Position numbers and translations under genes: made by a program. DNA of 64,000 nt from Macrostomum hystrix (Eukaryota; Animalia; Platyhelminthes): assembly GCA_950097015.1 (NCBI GenBank), contig CATNEN010000003.1:6448001-6512000 (forward strand), written 5' to 3'. Positions 13,700 through 33,924 of the stretch are shown here, one piece after another (position 1 is the stretch's first letter; the number at the start of each line of letters is the position of its first letter). The notes beneath the pieces were generated by a model. That model was not told the DNA's origin. It did no database searches and was given only the letters and a program-made list of their open reading frames with translations.

Positions 13700-14450
13700 G
13701 GGCTGAAGTGAGGGCGATGCTTGGCCTGGAGTGAGGTGGATGCTTGGGCTTTAGTGAGGTGGATGCTTGGGCTGTAGTGAGGTGGATGCTTGGGCTGGAG
13801 TGAGGTGGATGCTTGCGCTGGGGTGAGGTGGATGCTTGGGCTGGAGTGAGGTGGATGCTGGGCTGGAGTGAGGTGGATGCTTGGGCTGGAGTGAGGTGGA
13901 TGCTTGGGCTGGAGTGAGGTGGATGCTGGGCTGGAGCGAGGTGGATGCTGGGCTGGATGCTTGGGCTGGAGTGAGGTGGATGCTTGGGCTGGAGTAAGGT
14001 AGATGATTGGGCTGGAGTGAGGTGGATGCTGGGCTGGAGTGAGGTGGATGCTTGGGCTGGATGCTTGGGCTGGAGTGAGGTGGATGCTTGGGCTGGAGTG
14101 AGGTAGATGCTTGGGCTGGAGTGAGGTGGATGCTGGGCTGGAGTGAGGTGGATGCTTGGGCTGGAGTGAGGTGGATGCTGGGCTGGAGTGAGGTGGATGC
14201 TTGGGCTGGATGCTTGGGCTGGAGTGAGGTGGATGCTTGGGCTGGAGTGAGGTGGATGATTGGGCTGGAGTGAGATGGATGCTGGGCTGTAGTGAGATGG
14301 ATGCTTGGGCTGGATGCTTGGGCTGGAGTGAGGTGGATGCTTGGGCTGGAGTGAGGTGGATGCTTGGGCTGGAGTGAGGTGGATGCTTGGGCTGGAGTGA
14401 GGTGGATGCTTGGGCTGGAGTGAGGTGGATGCTGGGCTGGAGTGAGGTGT
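13700..14450. repeat. G-rich minisatellite, 22/23-bp unit (GGAGTGAGGTGGATGCTTGGGCT)
   Basis: About 32 units. Confidence 0.96.
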
Positions 14451-14773
14451 ATGTGTTGGATTTGGATTTATTGGGTTTATTCTTTATAAAATTCTGCGTT
14501 CTTTGGGATTATAGATTTCATATTTGAAATATATTCATTAGCTTTTTTGCATCTATCTTATACTGTATAGAGAAAATTCAAATTTCTTAAATGACTGACA
14601 GATCTCAGAAATATCTCTATTATTTTATCTGAGAGACTTAACAGCTGAATTAAACTGACAGCCAAATTCTAGCTGTCAAATATTTTCAATTACATTCCTT
14701 GCATATTAGACAAATAAAAATTGGACTGGCCTATCCGCTGAGTTCTCAAAGATTTCTCCCATAATTTTAACAG

Positions 14774-15587
14774 TGTCGATTTCGCTAATTGGTTGCCAAC
14801 TGGTTGGTACTCAACGGGCTTCGTAGCGTTGATGTGGTTGACTGCGCTTCCAGGTTGTTGGAATGTGACACTGGAGGAGACCTCCCAGCCGCAGCTTCGG
14901 CCATGCAATAGAGCTGCAGAATTCGCTGCAATCGACGGTTCTTTGTGCATCAAGCAAGATTTCGTTTGGACTATAAGCACCTGTCTGACTCATTCGGGCT
15001 GTTCAATGCTGTGCAGCAGGGAGCAGCGCTGCCAGGCCTTCACCATGGCTGACGGTCCGTGTCAGCTGTTCGTGTTCGACAAGTGCAGCAAGTCGGTGAG
15101 GAACTGCAGCTGCTCCAGGAGAGGCCAGGTGTTTGTGAAGCAGCTGCCGGGACTCGACGCTGGCCAGCTGTGTCCGACTGGCTACGGAGACGGCCTGTGC
15201 GGAGTGAAGTACAAGCTGTACAACGGCACCGGGAAATGGTTTGCGAGCAAGCAGAAGTGCGAGTCAGAGAGCGGTCTGGTGATCATGGCCGATGTGATGA
15301 GCCCGGTGGAAATGAATCACCTGAACGAATTTCGAGATCGGCACTGCCCCGGTGGGACAGTCTGGCTCGGAGGCTGCCGGACCGCGAAAAATCAGTACCG
15401 CGGGAGTGGCTGGCACTGGGTCGCCTGCAACATTAGCCTGAATGATGAACTCTGGGGCACTGTAGAATCAACTTCAAGTGTTGACCTTAGAGACGCCGTC
15501 GGATTCTCTCAGGCCAACCTGACAGAGTTCTCTGAAACATCCGATCTGCCAACTGGGGTCGTGTGCGAGTGCCTGCATCCGTTCTAG
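14774..15587 (+). CDS. Cys-rich extracellular protein: PAN/Apple-like domain plus C-type-lectin-like domain (5' end uncertain; first in-frame ATG 14832, possible acceptor ttttaacag at 14773)
   Basis: Hydrophobic N-terminal stretch GFVALMWLTALPGC; CSMLCSREQRCQAF...CQLF (PAN-like); KW..SKQKCE...VWLGG...WHW...VVCE (CTLD pattern); GC-rich codon usage; TAG stop at 15585-15587. Confidence 0.8.
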
Positions 15588-15994
15588 TTGATTGGCTTGC
15601 AAAGGTGTATTGAATGAATTGGCACTTCTACCTCTTGAATTTCTGGATAGTGCGGTACAAAACTTTCTCGTATTGAAATCGAAATTAACAAAAATTATCG
15701 TCAATTCAAAGAACACTCAATTCGCTTAGTTGAGAACAAAAAGCATGCAAAAATTGCTGGATTAGAAAAACAGTTTTTAGTTTATTGTATTTTTTCCTTG
15801 AAATGAATACATTTATTTTCAAGTTGTGCACGAGGCAAGTGTGAAGAAAGCTAATAACATTCAAGTGAAAATAAACACGAGAATAAAGAAAATAAATCAA
15901 ACGGCCTTCAAAAAGCTGTACTATTACTTTATCGAAAATCAAAATGAAACTGAAAAATAAACATGACAGCGAGCAAAATATGTAGAAAAGGGAA

Positions 15995-16300
15995 TGAGGT
16001 GGGCAATATGGCGGGTGTCGGGCACTGGGAGTGAGGTGGATGCGCAGGGAGTGAGGCGGGTGTCGGGAACTGGGAGTGAGGTGGATGCGCAGGGAGTGAG
16101 GCGGGTGTCGGGCACAGGGAGTGAGGTGGATGCGCAGGGAGTGAGGCGGGTGTCGGGCACAGGGAGTGAGGTGAGGTGGATGCGCAGGGAGTGAGGCGGA
16201 TGTCGGGCACAGCTAGTGAGGTGGGTGACAGGCGCAGGGAGTGGGGCGGGTTCCAATCGAAGGGACTGAGGGTGGGTGTTGGGCGCAGGGAGTGAGTTGG
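15995..16300. repeat. G-rich minisatellite, 45-bp dimeric unit (GGGAGTGAGGTGGATGCGCA-GGGAGTGAGGCGGGTGTCGGGCACA)
   Basis: About 6 units; shares GGAGTGAGGTGGATGC with the 13.7-14.45 kb array. Confidence 0.9.
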
Positions 16301-16799
16301 TTTTGAGTACGCATCGTCGCGAATGCATACTTTACGCATCAGCAAATTAGGTAACTTCTGATGCCAAATCTTTTATAAACCAAGAATTATCTATAATGCA
16401 CTGTGAATGAGGCAATCAATCTGCCATACTGAATAGCTCGTGCACTACACGGTACTAAGCGGGCAGTACAAAATATTGATGCGATATCCGGGCATCCACC
16501 CATTCGATGTCTAGTACAAACCTTACTATAAAAAACTGATATTAAATTATTACAAAATAGCGCTCGGGTGTTGCAAAATAAATCAGACAAGGGACGAAAA
16601 AAGAAGGGTGCCAAATTCTACTTTCAGTAGCATGAGGAGAAACCGATCTGCGCTTGAGACTGTTGTGCATTCGGAGCACAGGTAAACGTGTGAAAAGCTT
16701 CCATTTAACTATAGAGTAGAACGGGGAGAAGGGATGAGGGAAAATTGAGTGCCAAAGGTAGTTTTTTTCAGTTCCCTAAGCTCTGTCAATTATCCCTAG

Positions 16800-26628
<9,829 letters not shown>

Positions 26629-28530
26629 TTTAAAATAAGGGTTGAAGACAATTGGCAACACAAACGGACAATGGGTGGGACTTGGGACGATTAAGCTTTA
26701 TCTGTTTTCAAATCTAATTCAAATCTAAGCAAGCAGGCAAAATTGACAAGTTTTTCAACTGGTGGGGGCCTTCTCCGTTTTTATTTAGTCCAAGCCAGAG
26801 TATTGTGTTGAAATTTATGTGATTTCCGCTTGTAAAGAGAAGCGGAGGAAAGGATCTGGAGATAAATGAGTTAGGGGTTTGTGGGGCGGTAAGCTTCTTG
26901 GCCAGTGGAGGATAAAAGCTCTTTGGCCTGGTGGGGGCCGTTCGGCGGATTGTTTGGGGGCGTCTCTCGGTCCAGACCCGAGGGGCAAATCTGGTTGGCT
27001 GGGCCGGGCCGTGCTTTGGGGTGGCGGGTGCTGTGGGGTGGTGGGTTAGGCTTCGGGGGGTGAAATGTAAGACCCGCTGATTGCCACACACGAGTCCTGC
27101 GTCTTAAATTTTTCCAATGATGATTTTTCTCTTAGATGGCCAGCACGGCTTGTTATCAGATTGTCTCAATTATCTAGCGAAGACAATTGTTAGCTCAGAC
27201 GACCGTGACAATGCCATTGAGAAGGCGGCCTTCTTCAGAAGTTGTTAAGTTAAGCTTCTAGAGAAGTGCCTGCGTTCATTAGAAAGTGGGCAGAGAAGAG
27301 ACACACAGAACAGACCAGACAGAGAGGTGTGAAAGTGATATCACAACTGAGAGTCTTTTTAACGATTACGGAATTAGGGGCGGCCGCAAGGAAAGCCTTC
27401 AAGCTAGGTAGGCCTATTTAGTCTGGCTATTTCACACGCTCACATTAAAAAATAGAGACGAGATGAAAGACCAAAACAGCCGGCTTGAACAGGCTAGATC
27501 AAACGCCAGCCTCCGATAAACCTCAAGGCCATTTATTCGTTCAGCTGGACTTGAAAAATCAAAAAATCAAAAAGCAATCAGGCTCACCTCGCAAAGTCAG
27601 ATCTCACACGAGATAATTTGACAAACTTGCCCTTTCAATTTACCTTTTAAGCAAACAGTTTCTAAAACACAACAGTTTTCCAATATGTTCTCTGGTCTGC
27701 GATTGGGATTTCGTGTTTGGGAGGCCGCTGCCGCGCCTTTTATCCTCTCAAGAATCCGCACCAGAGAAAGCAGAGGGAGAGAGAGATGGATGGAAAGAAA
27801 AAGAGATAATCAAGAGGCATTGTCTTGTCTGTCCCTTGGTCTCGTGAAATTCCGTTGTCCACCTGTCCAACTAGGCATTGAGAATCAGATCACGGCAGCG
27901 CTGTAACAAGATTGTGAAAGATTGAAGGCACCCCCTGCCTGGCGCGCCCCGACCCCAATTAATCTTTCATGGGGGAGCCGGCCTGCTGCTGGAGGAGCCT
28001 TCTAAACTCAAACATTGATTGCCTTCTCTCCTCTGCAAGGAAACAATGGGGTATATAAAGGTAGAAATGTGGGGAACATGCGGTCCGCTAGAGCACAGCG
28101 GTGAGTCCTGCTTGGAGAAGCAGGCCTTCCAGCACAGTTAATAGGTGGTGCTGCAAGTCGTAAAACCCGATCGCTCAGCCAAGCCTCTATAGTCTGCAAC
28201 TCATCAAAGTCTTGTCTCAGAAAGCCCCCAATTCCCCCCACAATGATTCGCTTGGCCCATGCATAATGCAGTGGGCGGTAGGGGATTCTGCGAGTTCCAG
28301 ATTTCCTCATGAGGAGCATTCTTGCAGATCCCAGTGCTAGCTGGCTGGCACTCAACGGTCAGGCCCTTTGGATTTTTTATTCCTTTGCTTAATCAAAAAT
28401 AGCGCTCCACGCTCTATATACAACAATCTTTATATACATCTCCAGCCAGCATGAGAGCTTGCCAAGGATAAATTCATTGTCTTTGCAGAGGAATGCTCTA
28501 CTCATAACTCTTGTAATAATCTATCAAATC

Positions 28531-28825
28531 AGGGCAGGGCGGTTGAGTGGCAAGTGGCACCAAGGTCCCGAGCTCGAATCCGGGAGGAGGCCATAACCGT
28601 TTTTGGGCGCAGCCACGGAGAGATGGCTTTAGGGAGGCTTGTTGCGCATCTTATCATATTGAGGGCCGACCTCAAACGCCCCGTGAGAGACTGAGAGTGT
28701 AGATAAGATGACAAAATGTACTCACCTGTGAGTGTGAGTGTGTACCTGAGTATAGTGGTGTCTGAGTGCAGTGCAATGGGCCCTGCAGTGTCACCGAATT
28801 CAGAGCCCACAGCTTGACATAGCAA
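28531..28825 (+). mobile_element. tRNA-derived SINE, diverged copy
   Basis: A-box-like GGCGGTTGAGTGG and B-box-like GAGCTCGAATCC; body similar to reverse complement of 29750-30056. Confidence 0.65.
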
Positions 28826-29725
28826 TCCTGGATTCCCGGGATTAAGGATTTCCCCTTGAAATATGGATTCCCCCTTAAATTATGGATTCCCCCTGAATTA
28901 TGGATTCCCCCTTGAATTATGGACTTCCCCAGAATTATGGATTCCCTGGGCTATGGATTCCCCCCCCAGAATTATGGAATCCCTGGGCTATGGATCCCCC
29001 CCCAGAATTATGGAATCCCTGGGCTATGGATTCCCGCCTGAATTATGGAATCCCTAGGCTATGGATTCCCGCCAGAATTATGGATTCGCCCTGAATTATG
29101 GATTCATTCCCGCTGAATTATGGAATCCCTAGGCTATGGATTCCCGCCAGAATTATGGATTCGCCCTGAATTATGGATTCATTCCCGCTGAATTATGGAA
29201 TCCCTAGGCTATGGATTCCCGCCAGAATTATGGATTCGCCCTGAATTATGGATTCATTCCCGCTGAATTATGGAATCCCTAGGCTATGGATTCCCGCCAG
29301 AATTATGGATTCGCCCTGAATTATGGATTCATTCCCGCTGAATTATGGATTCCCTGGGCTATGGATCCCCCCCAGAATTATGGAATCCCTGGGCTATGGA
29401 TTCCCGCCTGAATTATGGAATCCCTGGGCTATGGATTCCCGCCTGAATTATGGAATCCCTGGGCTATGGATTCCCGCCTGAATTATGGAATCCCTGGGCT
29501 ATGGATTCCCGCCTGAATTATGGAATCCCTGGGCTATGGATTCCCGCCTGAATTATGGAATCCCTGGGCTATGGATTCCCCCCTGAATTATGGATTCGCC
29601 CTGAATTATGGATTCATTCCCGCTGAATTATGGATTGCCCCTGAATTATGGATTGCCCCGGAATTATAGATTGCCCCGGAATTATAGATTCTCAGGATCA
29701 TGGATTCCCGGAATTATGGATTCCC
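28826..29725. repeat. Minisatellite with GAATTATGGA(T/A)TCCC core and higher-order units
   Basis: Units contain the inverted pair GGAATCC...GGATTCC. Confidence 0.93.
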
Positions 29726-29749
29726 ATAATAAGAGAAGATTATAACTAA

Positions 29750-30056
29750 ACCCACAGCCAGCGAGGAGGCAATTCTGCCCATTTCGCTGACTCCTGAGCA
29801 CACACGCACACAGATACTGTACGCAGGCACACGCTCACACAGGTGTGTACATCTGTCCTGACGTTCTCATCGTCAGGCAGTGTACACTCTCACTGTGCCT
29901 TGGAGGTTGGCACTCAAGGGCGTAAATTGCACGACAAGCCCCCCAAGCCTTCTCTCCTCGGTTGCGTCCTTATTTATGGGACCTCGCCGCGGAATCGAGC
30001 TCAGGGACCTTCGTGAGTAGGCAAACGCTCTGCCACTCACCCACAAGCTTGACCCT
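29750..30056 (-). mobile_element. tRNA-derived SINE, copy retaining the head
   Basis: Minus strand: GGGTGAGTGGCAGAGCG...CCTGAGCTCGATTCC (A/B-box-like); body shared with copies at 19.9 and 49.8 kb. Confidence 0.8.
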
Positions 30057-30784
30057 AAGATGGGATAACAAGAAATGAGTTGGAAATATAATTAAACATG
30101 TGATTTGTATTTTAGGTCTACACTATTGTCTACTAACAGCCTTTAGTCTTCAATGCGGTAAATAAGCTTTTCAAACTGAAAGACAATATATTGTTGTGCA
30201 AATTTAAGGAACCAGATGGTACGCATTCATGAAATAATTTTCCCTTTCTTTATAGATTTTCCACTTTCATGCAATATGCATGGTTATCGTGCATATATGG
30301 CACCTTTATAATTAATTCTCCATTCTCCATTCTCCAATAAAAAATCGTAGACTAAATATAATACGAATATAGGACTGCACAGAATGCAGACAGCAGAAAT
30401 AGGAATGACAAAAAACTACGACCGTAATTAAAAACAAATCGATCATTGTTATCAGCCTACATGCTTTCTGCGTTTGAACTGCTGTTACAGCCTAAATTGC
30501 TGCTGCTTTTAATGATGTTAAATTAAACGTTAGACGAGTATGAGCTATTGATAACGATCTACTCGTTTGTATCTTTTGGTCAAACAGGTATGGAGGAGTC
30601 AGGTAGTAAGGTAGGCAAGTCACGGCTTTAACAGTAGAACTGTACCAAGGAGGTTTCCCCTGACAAATTTTTGTGCTGCACCCGAACGGAACAACGCAAG
30701 TACAGGGAACTCAAGAACACGAGCCAGCTTTTTGTTGCGTATCTTGTGAAACAAGAATCAAGTCGCCAGCTCTTCAGACCGTCG

Positions 30785-30995
30785 ATATATTCAATGGTTC
30801 TGGCCGAAGGTCGGATTTTTCTCATAAGCGCTAGTGCATTTCGTACACCCCTATACACGAATTAGCACTGCGCCTCAGTGCGGCCTAGCCAGGCCTTCAA
30901 AATTGATCAGCATGTCACCCGAATGTACCTGCATCATCTCCGTCTTCGGTGGTCACCGACCTTTATCAAGACAGACTGCTGGACTTTCAAGGGCC
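30785..30995. mobile_element. Unclassified dispersed repeat, copy 1 (hairpin-rich)
   Basis: Colinear similarity to 54777-54970 (GGTTCTGGCCGAAGGTC, GCACTGCGCCTCAGTGC, GCCAGGCCTTCAAA, CTTCGGTGGTCACCGAC). Confidence 0.7.
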
Positions 30996-31829
30996 AAACA
31001 TACGGATCCTACTAGATCCAAAGTCCAACACACGGATCAAAATTTTCCTCCCATCGCAATGAACTAACTTTCAAATCATATTCAAGATTCTGGAAGTTGT
31101 CTCATCGAATAGAGTAGAAAATTTGAGTACAGTGTACTGGATTGAGTGGCGATTGGTTGAATATTTCAGGAGTTACAGAAAAATGTAGATTTTCGAACCC
31201 ATTGTGGGTTCCCATGAACCCACTGCTAACAATTAAGCAATAAACTCCACAACAATTATAACAAATCAGACAATAAAAATCCAGAATCGACTCACACAAG
31301 TGTATCACATGATTGACTGGCGATATTGATATTACAAGATGAGTGCTTTGAACAGAGATCAGGAAAAAAAGTTATTGAAGCAGACGGACAAAACCTTTTG
31401 ACATTTATACCTAAGCCACTCAGTTAAATACTTTCATAAATTAAATATTATAATTTGCGCATTTTGAAAGCAAAGAAATGGTTCGCGCACAATGCTACCA
31501 AACTCAGGCCACCAGATGTACTGCACTTTTCACAAAAGTCAAATGCAAAAATGCATCTTTCTAGCCTTATCTCTGCCTTCTTTTTTTAAAAAGAAAAAAC
31601 TACAGAACTCAAATAAATAAATCCATAGCTATATACAGTTACCTGTACTTTTTAAAAGAAGTTAATTATAGCTTTAAAAACAAAAGACAGGAAAGGAAGG
31701 AGGTTGAAGGAAATCTGAATGTTTTGCATAGAAACCATATTTAGATATAGAAATGGCGCAGTGTTGCTAAAATAAATTTCTTGAACCTGCTTTGCTCACT
31801 ATAAATTATTAATTTTGTCGTTTTTCAAA

Positions 31830-33060
31830 GGTAGACACGGGAGAGATGAAGCATGCGAGAGATAGACACGGGAGAGATGAGGCATGCGAGAGATGAGGCA
31901 TGCGAGAGATGAGGCATGCGAGAGATGAGGCATGCGAGAGATGAGACACGCGAGAGATGAGACACGCGAGAGATGAGGCATGCGAGAGATAGACACGGGA
32001 GAGATGAGGCATGCGAGAGATGAGACACGCGAGAGATGAGACACGCGAGAGATGAGGCATGCGAGAGATAGACACGGGAGAGATGAGGCATGCGAGAGAT
32101 AGACACGGGAGAGATGAGGCATGCGAGAGATGAGACACGCGAGAGATGAGACACGCGAGAGATGAGGCATGCGAGAGATGAGACACGGGAGAGATGAGGC
32201 ATGCGAGAGATGAGGCATGCGAGAGATGAGGCATGCGAGAGATGAGGCATGCGAGAGATGAGGCATGCGAGAGATGAGGCATGCGAGAGATGAGCCATGC
32301 GAGAGATGAGACACGCGAGAGATGAGACACGCGAGAGATGAGGCATGCGAGAGATGAGACACGCGAGAGATGAGACACGCAAGAGATGAGACACGCGAGA
32401 GATGAGGCATGTGAGAGATGAGGCATGCGAGAGATAGGCATGCGAGAGATTGGCATGCGAGAGATGAGGCATGCGAGAGATGAGGCATGCGAGAGATGAG
32501 ACACGCGAGAGATGAGACAGTGGAGTCAGATGAGAGAGGGGAGAGATGAGATAGTGGAGTGAGATGAGAGAGGGGAGAGATGAGACACTGGAGAGATGAG
32601 ACACGGGGAGAGATGAGACACGGGAGAGATGAGACACGCGAGAGATTAGACACGGGAGAGATGAGACACGGGAGAGATGAGACACTGGAGAGATGAGACA
32701 CGGGGAGAGATGAGACACGCGAGAGATTAGACACGGGAGAGATGAGACACGCGAGAGATTAGACACGGGAGAGATGAGACACGGGAGAGATGAGACACGG
32801 GAGAGATGAGACACTGGAGAGATGAGACACGGGAGAGATGAGACACTGGAGAGATGAGACACTGGAGAGATGAGACACGGGAGAGATGAGACACTGGAGA
32901 GATGAGACACGGGAGAGATGAGACACTGGAGAGATGAGACACTGGAGAGATGAGACACTGGAGAGATGAGACACGGGAGAGATGAGACACTGGAGAGATG
33001 AGACACGGGGAGAGATGAGACAAGGGAGAGATGAGATGCATGATAAAGATGAGACATACG
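31830..33060. repeat. Minisatellite, 16-bp GAGATGAG-family units (GCATGCGAGAGATGAG / ACACGGGAGAGATGAG / ACACTGGAGAGATGAG)
   Basis: About 75 units with a left-to-right change of variant. Confidence 0.96.
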
Positions 33061-33924
33061 GGAGTGTTGGAAGTATGCTGGATTTGAGAGCCCAACATGC
33101 CGGATGTTGCAGAACCTGCGCTTGCAGACTTTAGATAAAGAAGGACACATGAGCAAACAGAGTTTCTGTAAAAGATTATCAGGACAAGCAAGCAAAATGA
33201 AATATAAATTTGACATCATAGCCTCAAACTAAATACAACTTTATCTAATATAGAATCGTACATATTGAGCGTGTTATCAAGGTCGATATGTTATAAGCAA
33301 TATACTCGTAACAGTTGGTGCAAAAAAATCTGATGGCCTGTTTACACCCAGAGTATAATTTGATTAAAAAACACAGAATACCTGTGTAGCCAGAACTATA
33401 ACTAACATACCAGCAAAGAGAAGCTTCACATTTGCTACAGCCGTAAGTCAGTGTAGGTCTGTATCAGTCTATACCTATCTAAACAGATATTTGCAAATCG
33501 CTGCTTTGCTGAACAAAAAACATCTTTAAATCAAAACCTTTTTTGGCTCGCTACATGTCAGCTAAGTTATGCACAGTTAGTTCTGCGAAATGCACCAGAC
33601 TAGACGATTTGGAAAGAAAAGCAGTATATATACACAGATTATCAGTTAAGCCTCTTCTTGTGTGACAGAATGTGTTCCAATCTTAGCACTGTACTCAAAT
33701 AGCTTATTTTTTATTTTTACCTAGGTCATCCGATACTATGTCTTTCATTAAATAATATTTTTTTTTCTTTTCTCTTTGCCATGTTTTGATAGTACTTTAT
33801 TTTGCTTTCCGATGTAAAGCTACAATACGTATTTGTAAATGTATTTGTATAGCCAGATTCACTTTGTAAAGAGCTTTTAGAGAATGTTGCAAAACATCTA
33901 AGATTAGCTTTGAGAAATTCAATG

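Noticed and set aside
31799-33219. ORFs up to 464 aa (SSLACLISRMPHLSH repeats)
   Set aside because: Artefact of a 16-bp satellite
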